Assembly (NCBI RefSeq): GCF_040938485.1
Contig: NW_027271017.1
Span: 5,828,001-5,892,000, forward strand
DNA: 64,000 bases
Reading direction: 5' to 3'
Source: Diadema antillarum
Lineage: Eukaryota
Shown here piece after piece: positions 40,041-53,100 of the stretch. The notes beneath the pieces are model-generated. The model was not told the origin of the DNA, searched no databases, and saw nothing but the letters and a program-made list of their open reading frames with translations. Both the position numbers and the translations under genes were made by a program. Within the stretch, counting starts at the first letter, position 1. The number at the start of each line of letters is the position of its first letter.

Positions 40041-40612
40041 TTATTATTATTATTATTATCATGATCATTATTATTATCATCATCATCATCATCATTATTA
40101 TTAATCATCATCATCATCATCAAATCATTTCTTTTTCTGTTTCCTCCTCATTTTCTATAATGACACTAGTTCCGTGGGACTTCGGTCATTCCTTGAGGAA
40201 TTCCTTCACTGAGTTGTCAGCCCCCACGCGACTGGTACAAAGGTCACACAGTATACCCGCAAGTAAAATTTAAGTAGAACGCGTCAGCAAGTAAAACACA
40301 TGCAGTGACTCGCCCAAATCCTTGTTCGCCCTCAGAAATTCCCGGTAATATGCTGGAAAATCCCTAGACGCAACAGAATGCATAGCTTGCCCGGAAAGGT
40401 GTGACAGGGCCTAAACATGGTTGCGGGTAAAAAGATTTGCGTGCACACCTCTGGGTGACTACGGGTGAGATACGTGCTAGGTACTGTCATGTGCGGCTCA
40501 TTCCGGGGACCAGGGTATAGTAAAAATTCTTCTTTGCAAGTCGCACGCAAGGCTTGCCCGGAAAGGTGTGACACGGCCTTGCTTCGAAACGGTTGTGCGC
40601 TATTATACTGCC

Positions 40613-40872
40613 CTACTTTGGCAAAAGGAAGCAAGTGACAAAAGTGACATTTCTCGTAAAAGAGCAAAATTGAAATGTGTCTGTCATTTACACTGACGTC
40701 AATGGACTACTGTTACTAGTAGTATCATGATGTCTTATCTATCATATCTCTTAGTAGGATGAGTGTTTCAGCATGAAATTTGGCCTGGAAAAAGAGCTCA
40801 TTATGTGAATTATGAAAACATCAATAACTCAAATTTGGATGGTATGTCACTTGCTTTCTTTTGCCAAAGTAG
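40613..40872. mobile_element. MITE with 28-bp terminal inverted repeats upstream of BRD7/9
   Basis: CTACTTTGGCAAAAGGAAGCAAGTGACA versus TGTCACTTGCTTTCTTTTGCCAAAGTAG (1 mismatch). Confidence 0.8.
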
Positions 40873-40949
40873 CCCTGCAGCAAAAAAAAAAAACAAAAAA
40901 AAAAACACAAAAAAAAAAACCACCACCACCAACAACAAATGCATCTCAT

Positions 40950-41158
40950 GCCTATGCGATGCTGCTCGTGGTTTTCCGTACGGCACTCTCTCTCTCCTCC
41001 GGATGCTGGCTGGCAGGCAGGCCCCTTGCTAGCGCCTATAGCGCGTATTTAGCGAGTGCTGTAAAAGCGGGAGTATCAGTCGAAGGAACGTGCACATACG
41101 CATACTAGCACGATCTTCCACAAAAATCGGTCGCTACTCGCCGAGGAAAACTTCTGAG
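40950..41158 (+). promoter_or_regulatory. BRD7/9 promoter/5'UTR
   Basis: CpG-rich stretch directly before the ATG at 41159. Confidence 0.45.
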
Positions 41159-44100
41159 ATGGGCAAGAAGCATAAGAAGTATCACAGAGCAGAAAGGAGA
41201 GAAGGAGGTAACTTACTACAGTAGCGAATCGAAGGCTTGTCTTTATGCCGCCACGTTTATTTTGTCATCAGTCTGCTAGGGCTTTGCTTTGCTGCATTAC
41301 ATTGTGATCGTGTCCTTTGTTCTGTTGTTGAATGTTGAGGGCTGGTGTGTACTGTACGCCAAAACCTATGTACGGGACCGTTGAAAACAAGGTAGAATAT
41401 ATTGAGTGAGTGAGGCACTGTTCTGAGTTTATTTTCTCTCGAAATGTTCCACATTTTCATTCTTCATTTAGAAAATATCCACTTTGACTCCCATCCTTTC
41501 GATTGAATTGTACGTTCTTAGTTCTTACAAATTAGAATTAATTGTCATTTGATGTAAAAAAAAAAGTGAAGCTGCCGAACTTTAGGCCCAAACGCGTTTG
41601 CGCTTCGCTTGCATGCTGTCTGTGAGAATTCCAGAGATGGTCATCTATGCTTATGGTAGCTGTTGCAGTGTTGTACCAGTAATAGATCTATTACCGGACA
41701 ACATGGTAGATCTATTAATTCCGGACGCGTGCATTTGTGCGTAATGACATTCGCAATATGTGCAGGACTTCATAGACTAGCCTAGCTTAACAGCAGAGCA
41801 TTCCAGGTGTGGGCCGAAATTGCCAAAAACGCAATGCAAAAATGTAGAATAGAACACTATGAAATTCACATTTCACCTCAGGTCCTCAGATTTAGTAGAA
41901 GATGTCAATTTATCGCAAGATTTTATTGTGTAGATAATTTGAAATCCTTGTCCACGGTCTGTTTTTAGACCTTTTACCATGCAATACAATACTAAATTTG
42001 AGCCTCATTTGCCATTCGATTGTGTTTATGTTTTTTTTTTTTTTTTTGCTGTTTTTGTTTCTTTGTTGTCTTCTCAGTATGAATGTGTATGGTTAATCGT
42101 GGGTATGAATTGTGATTCTGGTGCATGGACAAGATGTGAAAGACATTGATTAGGTCTATTTCATTGCAAATATCATGTCTGGAATATAAGGCAATTTTAT
42201 TTCACGCTAAAAAGATAACTTTTTGTAAAGGGGTTTTATACTTTAAAGGGTGTGTACAGTTCTGGTCGAGGTGAGGATTTAGCTTTTAACGTTTTCCGAG
42301 ATATTCAGAAACCACTCTATGAGATGTCAAAGAGCATGCAGTTCTAAGGGGTATCAAAAGTTTATTCGATGAAAATCGGTTTTGAAATGGCTGAGATATC
42401 CAAAAACAAGGTGAAACAAAGAGATCCTAATAGAGTTGTGGCATTTCGCCTTTTATTATTAGCACTTTTTTTGATATCTCAGCTATTTGAAAACCAATTT
42501 TCATCAAATAAACATTGAATCCTTAAGATTACATGCTCTTTCATATTTCATAATTTAAAGGCTTTTCATTATCTCACTTATTAATGTTCAAAACATGAAT
42601 CCCCACCTCAACCAGTACTGTACAGTCCCTCTAAGTCTATTTTCAAAAAATCGGAGTGAATGATTTCATAATTTTCAGGAATTTGTAAATAACTACCCTG
42701 GTACTGTAATATTTTTGGCCAAAATTTCATCTTCTGAGTACGGAATTCAGAGCCACCAAAGAAAGAAAAAAAAATCTTGTGATACAATGTACAATCTACT
42801 CTTGAAAATGCAGTAAATTAACATCACATGTCATGAGATGTAAGTGTGCTGCATATACTGAAGTACATAATTATTATGTATTACAAGTAGTCTACAACCC
42901 TCAGGCATTACAAAAGTAACAGTAACGCAGACACAGTCAGTTTCCATACCGTGTACAGTTGTAATTTGTAGTTTAATCGTTGTCAACAGCAACATTGTTC
43001 TAAGTCGCTTCCAAAGCCTACTGAATTGAAGTGTGTAAATATGGAATATTCACTGTTAAAATTTTGTAGGAATTTTGCACTCTAGTGTATCTACGTATTG
43101 ATCTAAATGTTGTAATATGTATAAAAAGGACACCTTTTACTGGAAAAATACAGTATGTATGTGTAAATGTTACAGATTGCAGAAATACACTGTACTGTCA
43201 TTTCCAGTGAAATTCCCTGAAATTGACCAAGTGCAAAATCCTATCAAGCCTTGTAGACATTTTCACTTTCACAGTAGACGCTAAGAAAACAGTAGACTTC
43301 AGTAGTAGTGGTTATTAGTACCGAGCAAAATGAAATGTGTCATTTGTGAAGTTTCATATCTGGTTGATATACTTTGAAGATATATAAGTGTTACGTATTG
43401 TTCTGCTATACTATGATGTGATGCTCATTCTATACCCAAGAATATACAGTTGTGCATCAACTAGGAGTTTAACAGAAATATACTCGTCCAACTTCTGCAG
43501 GCTACGATGAAACGCCTGAAAAGGTGGACAGGCCTTCAGAGCCACCACTGCGTCTAGTACTGAAGGTGGGCAAGGGGTCAGAAACCATGGTGACGGCCTC
43601 TCCAAGCTCCGACCACTACAGCACGGTGGACTCGCCTGCGACCCCTGACCCCGACTACAGGCACAGTCATCACAAGAAGAAAAAGAAAAAAAAGAAAACT
43701 GAGCACGACAGGAAGAGGGTACGTGAAACAGGTCAAATCAGGGTCTTTAAGTTAACTAGATTTTGATGGTTGCTAAAAGAGCAGCAGGGGCATTTTTGCA
43801 AATGTCACTTTTTCTCCCGACGAAAAAGGTTCTACTGTTTTCTGTGATTTGTGTGCACCTGCGCCATGCAAATGAAATTTTAATCAGCAGTCTTTGATCA
43901 GTGTATTTTCCACCATGTCAAATAAGGAATTGACCTGAACTGTAAGATGAAATGATTAAATTCTCATCACCTTTACATCTTGTGCTTAACAAGTTTTGAA
44001 CTCAGATGCAAATCTTGTAAATTTCCATCAGAGATGTGCAGACTGTTTGGCCCGATTACATGAAGCTGGTACAATCTTGTCCATGGTTTAAACCATGGAC

Positions 44101-47100
44101 AAAGACCGTAGTTTTGTATGGGGCGCCAAGTGTTGCATGGCCTATTTCGTTACGAAATCAGTCATTTCGTCGTCCATTTTGTCGATGAAATGTTCATTTT
44201 GTTAAGAAATTTTAACACTTCGTAAATGAAATAGGTCGTGCGACACTTGGTGCCCCACACAAAACTGCGATCTTTGTCCATGGTTTAAACTATGGACAAG
44301 ATTGTACCACCTGTGTGAATTCGGGCTTTTGAGTGGAATGCCATTCAATGACATCTGCCATATATTAATTGCCTGCAGAGCTCTGCGCCTCTCGATGGCA
44401 CACCTGACCCAGAGATCCACGATGATGAGGAGGAGGACATGGAAGTGAGTGAAGAAGGAATGGAGGATGGTGGTCCAGTAGATCCTCCAACAGCCAAGAA
44501 ACTTTTGCTTGCCATGCATGAGAGAAGGGCAAACCCATCCAGACACTGCAAGGATGGACTAGCAGGTCAGACTAAACACCAAACCATTCTATACTTTTTT
44601 AAGTTCTCTGTCATTGCTCCTATCCCCCCCCCTTTCCCCCTCTCTCCATCTCCCCCCCCCCCCTCCTTTTAGGCATGTCTGTCTGCCTCTGTTATTACTT
44701 TTATAGTGGTATATCAGTGCATCATGGGGCTTGAAGAATTGACCTTGCTTTGTCCAAGAATGAGACACTTACAATTTGATGATGTAGTCACACACACACA
44801 TGCACACATACAGTGTACATTGTAGGCACACACATTGTCACTCACATCCAAGTCATTTTGGTTAAAAGTAATTACCTACACTTGAGAGTCAGGTGATGGT
44901 CTTATGATTAGATATACTGAAATTGGCCAGCTGAAAAATCTTAGTGTAAATTGATCCTTCAAGACACAGGAGATGTGTTTTACCAACAATATACGCTGTT
45001 ATTATAAAGATTCCATCCCAGTTGAATCTCAGTTTTGTATATGATAACATTACATATGAAAGTCCTTGACTAATAAGTTTATTTCTGATTTGAAATAGGA
45101 GTGAGTTTTATTACTCCAGACATTGAGCTCAGATATTTGATGCTAAATACAAATTCACTCACTCCCAGAGCAGAAAATGCACAAATCCTCTCTCTCTCTT
45201 GTATATCTCTATGACCAGCAATCAGCAGCAATGAGGTTTTTGAATGAGGTTGGAATTGATACATTTTTGGTGTCTAAGCACCTGTTTGCATAATGTGAGG
45301 GTTAGCTGACAACGAAGGTTCTTTAAAAAAACATTTCATCTCATTTTTATATTATTTTATTAAACAAACTGTCTTCCAGTTCAAGAAAAAAGACCACTGT
45401 CAAAAGTTCTGGAGAACCTGCAGAAGACATTACAGAGGTAAACCGATAATACTTGCTCTTTGCTTTTATACACAATAACTGATGTATGGCCGACTGGCTG
45501 TCATGCTGTTTTGTATGTACAATGTATGTGCACATGTACAGATGTATGCATGTTTGTGTGCAGTGATGCTTGTATGCATTTATGTATGCAAGTTTGTATG
45601 TGTGTATCTGATAATCTCTGTATTAGCACTTTTAGTTGACTGTACGTTCTTTAATAACTTTTACTGAGTCTGATATTTCTAAGACTCATTTCTAAATTCT
45701 AACCTATCTAGTGTTTATCATCAAAAATGTTATTCTTGTGGAAATACCAAGTAGTAAAGATGTGACCTTGTCTCTTTATTTCAGCATTTTGTAAAGTGTT
45801 CTTGTAATTTTGCAATGTTGTGAAATGTGTACCTTTAATCCTCTTTCTCTTTCATGTTGATACCCCCAGGAAAGATGTTGATGGCTTCTTTGCCTGGCCA
45901 GTTAATGACATCATTGCACCTGGCTACTCAAGCATCATCCTGCGTCCAATGGATTTCAGTACCATGAAGAAGAAAATTGAGAAGGAGGCCTATTGCTCCA
46001 TTGACGAGTATAAGGTAAAACTAAGAAAAGCCAGCAACCCATGTGTAACATCTGTCTTTGCCAAGTATTCTGTAGTCCCCTATTGACCGATTCTGTGATG
46101 CGCTATGTGTATTTTTGGCATGGGCAGCGCCATTACTCGGTGTCTTAGCCGACCCCCCCTTCCCATTCCCCACCCCTCTCCCTACATTAGCACGCGCGCA
46201 GAATGAAAAACTGCTTTAGCCAATAGGCATCTCGTACTGAGTGCGCGAATGCTTGCTTAGTGCGCGAACCTTTGTTACAAGTGCGTGATAAACATGTTGC
46301 CCGGGGTGGGGGAGAGCAGGGGGGTCAGCTAAGACACCCACTATGGCTGCGCCCAGTGCCATGAAATGTCTGCTGCCTTCAACGAACCCGATTCGGTCAA
46401 TACCAGTGCTCAACATAAGCTGTTGAATATTGATGTTGGGCTACCAGATTTTTCAAACAGGCTATCTCTTGGTGGCCCGATCAGGCACGTAAGACTAAAA
46501 AAATGGATTATCATGTTTCTATTCATTTTGGGCCACCAGAATTTCAGATTTCAAGATTTTAGAGGTCTGGACAGGCCACGAGAGAAAGAAAGTTAGTGTC
46601 AAGCCCTGCCTGTACCCTCCTATCTGAGACCACCACTGGCATGCTCTGTATCAGTTAGTCATAAGCAGAGGGAGACAATGTGCATCTGAATTAAATATGC
46701 ACCATCACACTAGTGACATGCTATGTTCTCTAATGATACGCAAAGGATTCTGAATTAAGTGCCTAATAAGTTGGGAAAATAGAATCTACATATTTGTATG
46801 TAAAAAAAAAAAGGAAAAAAAAGGTCTTCTATGTCTCTACCACAGATTTAAAGAAAAAAAAAGTAGTTATGCAATGGAGGAAACACTCAAGTTGGTTTTG
46901 CAATAAAGATTTTTTGTTGTTATATTTTATGCTGATGCACTATGTCCTCTGAGTATCGCATTTATTGTTACCAATAGTGTATTGCTGTGTCTTGTGTTTT
47001 TTCTGTCCTCAAGTTTGTAGGTATGTGATGTATAATGGACAATCATGCATTCTGAGCGGAGTCTTTGAATGCACATAACAATTTGTCACAATTATTCTGC

Positions 47101-50100
47101 TCTGAGTTTTGCTTTGCTTCATTTCGTTTCTTAAATTGTATGGCTAACATATAACGCAGAATCTTATGCGTGCATGGTATAGCCATGGAGAGTTGCCAGG
47201 GAGTGTAGAAGATTTAGATTTCAACAAGTGTTACAGATCCCTTGCAGGTTGCAACACTCCCACAGAAACTTGGAATGTTATTGTCCCGTTCGCCAAATGT
47301 AAGGGTATGATGACAGATGATGTATAACAAGTTCATCGCTTTCATGTGATTTTCCATCACAGGCCGACTTTGTGCTGATGTGTGAGAACGCTATGAAGTA
47401 CAACAGGCCAGAGACGGTGTACTACAAGGCAGCGAGGAAGCTTCTCAACACAGGACAGAAAGTCATGAGCACGGTGAGCTGAACGATCGATGTATCCGTT
47501 TAGTTAAAAGAAAAAGAGACCTAATGTCGTTTATTCTCCTTCGTTTCTGCCGTTCGATTGGATTCACATGGAGAGTTGAAAAGATGGCCCACCATCCCTC
47601 TTCTCCTACCAGTAATAAAGTCTCAGCATGAATACAGATTTGTAAATCTTTCTCTCTTAAGGTGAAATCACTTGATGGCTGGTGCACTTAGTGTGTTTTT
47701 GGAGGTAGAATTAATACAGTTTTCTCTTGTTACAATGCAAAATTAAAGACATGGCGTTTTTTTTTTTTTTTTTTTTTTTTTACCGTGCTTTACAATATCC
47801 CCATGGAGACCTTGTTATGTCTTGGATCTTTTTCTTTGAGCAGATCCCGTCTTACATTTGTTTTTACCTAGACAATCGTTTCCATCTCTGATGTATTTGA
47901 ATACACATTTGTGCACTCACAGCGCCCCAAACATAAAAACACACAAACACGCACACAAACACGCACACAGACGTAAGCACTTGCCCACGCAGTTGTAACT
48001 ATGGTAGGTTCAGGTATGAAGGGGTTTATAAATGGCTGCCTCTGCTTCCTCTTTTTTTTTTCAGGAGCGTTTAGCTACCATCAAGAGGGCATTTGGATGC
48101 GTGGAGGGACACGAGGGGAAGTTGAAGGACAGGTCCAGGCAGCGGCAGACGTACAAGCACCAGGCGGAGAAGGAAAACTTCTCCATCCACGAGAGGCAGG
48201 ACTTCCTCCGTGCCTCTGACAGCGTGGACGTCATGGCAACGGATGATGGTTCCCTCATGGAGCAGGGCGGTGCAGTGGGGTGAGTACCATCTACCAAGTG
48301 CAAAAGGTCATAGCTGTAATTGTCCACCGGCAAGGGAATACGCATCCCCTTTTGTCATGGAGCAAATGTCGTCTTTGAAATACAGTTGAACCTCTCGTAT
48401 CCGGACAAGTCGGGACCGGGGCTCATCCGGATAAGGGATTTGGCCGGATACCGGAGACTCAATGCTTTATAAATGTACATATACATACACATGTACTGAT
48501 GTAGCCCATTGTAGTACCACATGTAGTAATGTGTATTCTGCAACCTTTTCATTGTTACATTTGGGGATGTTTCGGGATGTTGAAATGTCTGAAGGTAAGC
48601 AATTTGGAAGGAAATTTGATGCAATGTATGTTAATCATATTGGAAGTAATATGTAATTCATGTGTGTTTGGGTAGGAGTTCTCAAGGAGTTGGGAATCCC
48701 CCTTTCTTCCCGTAATTATTTTAAAAAAATCACGGCGAGATTGCGTCCGGATAATAGAGAGATCCGGATAAAGGGAGGCCGGATAATAGAGGTTCAACTG
48801 TACTATGTACAATATGCTTTATTGGTGTGTGATTCAACAGATGCAAAGTACTATCACAAACTGAAGGTGTAAAAAGTTTGTATTTATGTATCTAGATGAT
48901 AATGGTGATGATGATGATGAGATTGATGGTAACCATGCTCATAATAATAGTAATAGTATAATCTAAATATATTATTAATAGAAACAGTATTACGAGCAGT
49001 AGTAGTAGTAGTAGTAGTAGTAGTTGTAGTAGTTGTAGTAGTAGTACTGTTATTATTGCAATTTCTGTCATTATCATTATCATAATTGTCATTACTATTA
49101 TCAACAACAATCTGATTCATCTATGCAATAAGCCTCATTATCATCTATATAGGACGTTTTAGCGGCGCATTAAAAACGCGTATTGTAGTCCGCTCAATTT
49201 TTACCGTTCAATATCAGAGCTTATTGAACGAATCGCATAGACCAACGTATTAATTTCCCATAGGCTACCGTTATTACTTGCCGTTCAAGATCACACGATA
49301 TTCAATTCTGTCTCGTTTATTGCATCAGCGCTTGCTGAATGCGCAAACGCTTGCTACTAGTGCGCGTCATTTTGTTACATTTTTCACAAGCGCGCAAACA
49401 TCTTGCTAGTTGTTTGTTTCATACGCAGTTTTAGGGGCTTCCCCTTTACAGCGCTGGGATGGGACTGCCGAGTCAACTTCAAAGACGAGTAGAAGCCGGG
49501 TAATTTTGTGCAGTTTATGCTTGCTCTGCTTGATTGTATAGTATACGAATAATTTATGAGTTGTGAGTGCATAGGGCACGAATATCGCACGAGGCGCGAG
49601 ATAAGCCACTGGTCTATTCAACAAGGCGCGTAGCGTCGCGTTGAATAGACCAGTGGCGAATCTCGCGCCGAGTGCGGTATTACGTGCCCCAATGCACGAA
49701 CAAAATCATAAATTATTCGTTTTATACAACACCTTGTCCACAATCACAGTACTAAATTAGTGACCGCTAACTCAGGAAGGCCCAAAAATAAATGTAACAA
49801 TTAGGCCGAGACTTGTAAACCACCCTGTGTACTGCTTTCAAACACTCGTCATGATTCGACCACACAGTCACAGGAATCACAAACTCCGCAGGGTCTATAC
49901 CCATTCTACGCTAACGTTAGATCGAGTTAGGTCTGACTGTTAAGCCTACCTAAGATGTCGGTAGATCTAGTAGTAGGTCTAGACTTTCTCTATTTCCGAA
50001 AATGATTTTGTATAAAAACACAGAAAAATAATCAAATTACGGTTTCTCAACTTGAAATGAAGTCTTGATTTTGGGATCACTGTGGTCCACGTAGCAGATC

Positions 50101-53100
50101 AGAGTCAAAACTAAAAACACAGCAGTAGGTAGGCCGCAATACATGCAACTAGCTAGGTAAAGTAGCTGCGCGTACACGTTAACGTTGCAGTACTCCGCCG
50201 CGACTGGTCTGTTTACCGGCAGCGCATCGCAGCGCGCAGCCGGCCAGCACGTACAATGTAGTTTGCTGGCGCTTTGCTGCTGTGAGCCACAGAACTCTGT
50301 GAGCGGCCATGCATTAGTAGCCCCCCGCGAAGCCGTGCTATAGTACCTTCGAGCCGTGCAATAGGCCCATGCCAGGGGCCTATTGTATGGCTGTCACTCT
50401 CAATGAGTTTGGTAGGTATTTTCTATTGAATGTCATGTGACATGTTCTTGGCCAATCACAATTCGACATCATTCTGAGGTGTTGTATAAATGATAATAAT
50501 TATATTGGATGGCCTTGATTCATGGAAAACCAGGGAATATTGCACTCGTTAGGGTCAATATTGCACTCATCTTCGATTCGTGCAATATTGGCCCTAACTC
50601 ATGCAATATCCCCTGGTATCCCATTCATAGCCATCCAATATAATATAATCATTGTATATCATCCCTAGTCCGACCGGTGATGATTTTATTGGCACAGCAT
50701 CCACGTTTTACATGCTGGTAACGAATGGCTATGATATCTGTTTCTTGTATCGTCCCTGACTGCGATCAGGAGGAAGTCGGAAGATGATGACGACATGGAC
50801 GAGGACGATGCCAAGGTGTTAATTCAGGAGGTGCTTGAAGCAGCCAAGGCAGCCAAGGACAGGCTCACTGCTCGGCAGCCCAACAGCAAGGTATGGCTTC
50901 ACCCAAGCTCTGCACTGGTTTCCTGTTGTTTTCTTTAATTACCTCGGGCCAAGGAGGTTATGTTTTTGGTCGGTGTTTGTTTGTCTGTCTATTTACAAAA
51001 TAACTCAAAAAATTGTGAACAGATTTGAATAAAAAGGTTGATAATTAATGTCACAAGGAGCAGATGATAAGATTTTGGCAGTGATCGGGGAAATTTTGAT
51101 CTTTTGGCAAGTAGAGTCATTAAACTTGGAAGTTTAAGCTGCACGTACTTGAGGTTTGCATTCGCACACTGAAATGTGTGCTCTGCTCGTGCAAGGCAGT
51201 GCGCAGCTGGAAGGTGATGACATTTAAAAAAAGGCCTCTGTATTGGGAAATTACATTATTTTCAGCATGCTTGTATGGTTGGAAATGAGCTACTTGGCGG
51301 AAGTCTGCGCTTTCTGAGTGCCTTTGTAGTTTTGTATTGTTTCTTATGGGTGGGATGGGATGAGTCAGGTGATTAGCATGCAGCATGATCTTGTATGCAG
51401 TGGTAGTAAATCAATGAAAGTTGCAAGTGACAGTCACTTCCCTTATGATTGCATTTTCCACATGGTTGAGATGATGATACCGTGCTCTTGACATTTATAC
51501 AATTACTTGAATCATGCCAGCCATAAGATGGGATCAGAAGATTCTGACATTTTTTGTTTGTTTGTTTGTTTGTGTCATTTCACATGGGCTGGCTTGACAG
51601 GTTCTGAGTGATCAACTTTCCTTTGTTACAAAGTCTGAAATGTACTGGCAGTCAGTATGTAGAAAGCATTGTAAATGTCTTTAGATGTTTACTGGTAAAT
51701 GTCTTTAATATTCACTGGGGTCTCTGAAAATGTACTTTGGTTTATATATACATTTTTCAGAACACACATTATAAATGTTATTTCTGTACTATGTCCCCTG
51801 TTGTATATTGTATATGGGTGTACTGTGGTGTAATGGGCATACGTTCTGAAAAAGGGGCATCATTATTATTAATATTTGTCTGGGCTATTTTATGCAAAAA
51901 TTGAAAAGGGCTAAAAACAGATGCTTTGAAATAAGATATATGATCCCTGATTTGGTAGATATGAGAGAAAATGTGTTTTGTGCAGCTTTGTTACATTTGT
52001 CTACATGCATACTCATGCTGGCTATTGCAAAGATCCTGTACCTGACCATGCAAACACATGTAACATGATCTGTCATAGTGAGATATGTCCATCTTCCCTT
52101 TGATGCTGCTGCTGTTCTGGTGCCAGATTGGCTTCTTGCGGAAGGACAAGGCAGGCACAACAACCCTGGCCTTCCTCAATCCAGACCGGGAGGAGTCCGA
52201 GGACAGCCGCAAGGTCAACCTCGGCATGCTGACGGGGCGCCTGACACAGGGCACTACCTCATTGCAGGGCTTCAAGGAAGACAAGAGGAATAAGGCCCTT
52301 CCAGGTTGGTAGAACACTTTACTCCAAGGGCCCTCCCCTCCACCCCATATCAAAGACAAGATATTAACCAGTGGCTAATAAAACTGAGATATTAATGATT
52401 ATTATGACTAGAGTCTGAAAGAAATCGTCTTCACACAGCATAAGAAAAGTGAACTGAACAGACACAAAAGCATCTCTGTGCAAAAGTAAATTTGAACAAG
52501 TACAAGTGAGTCTTCAAGCAAATTCACTATGTGATATACTGTCCTTTGAATTTATTGGGAAAGTCCAGCCCCAAGTAATGGTTCTGATGTGTGTTGGCCC
52601 TAAAAGAACATGTAGTCATTCGTATTGGTCAATTGGGACGCGATGAGTTGAAACATCTCAAATAAGAGTGTATTTGCCCAGCAGGAATGGAACCCAAGGT
52701 GGAGATTCCAGAGCTCAGAGTTCAGAGTCAAGAGGCTCGTTCACACTTCTGTTGGTATCCAAAGTGCTCCCAGCTATGTGTGCTTCCTCAGTCATAGTGT
52801 GAATGTAACTTTGTAGAGGGATAGCTAAATTCTCCTCTCTCTGTGTGGATTTAAACAAGCATTTCTACATTTACATTCTACCTGTTCCTTATCCGGACTG
52901 AAGTCACAGACACAGGAGCAGTGGGCCCAGCAGTTTCCTTTTCTTGTTTTTTCTTTGTTTGTTTGTTTTTTTCTTCTGATATTCTGCTCTGATTCTCTGC
53001 ATCATCTCTTTCAGTGAATTACCTGATGTACGGCCCCTTCAGTTCGTATGCCCCGCAATATGACTCCTCCTTTTCAAATCTCAGCAAAGAAGAGTCGGAT

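Noticed and set aside
39676-40273. 142-aa and 157-aa plus-strand ORFs
   Set aside because: Antisense shadows of the LINE fragment plus microsatellite-encoded runs.
37031-41158. VPS4 and BRD7/9 as a shared bidirectional promoter
   Set aside because: The start codons are 4.1 kb apart with separate CpG-rich regions and transposons between them.
52600-52760. Possible tRNA-derived SINE or tRNA gene
   Set aside because: Only a vague B-box-like stretch; no A-box or cloverleaf can be drawn.
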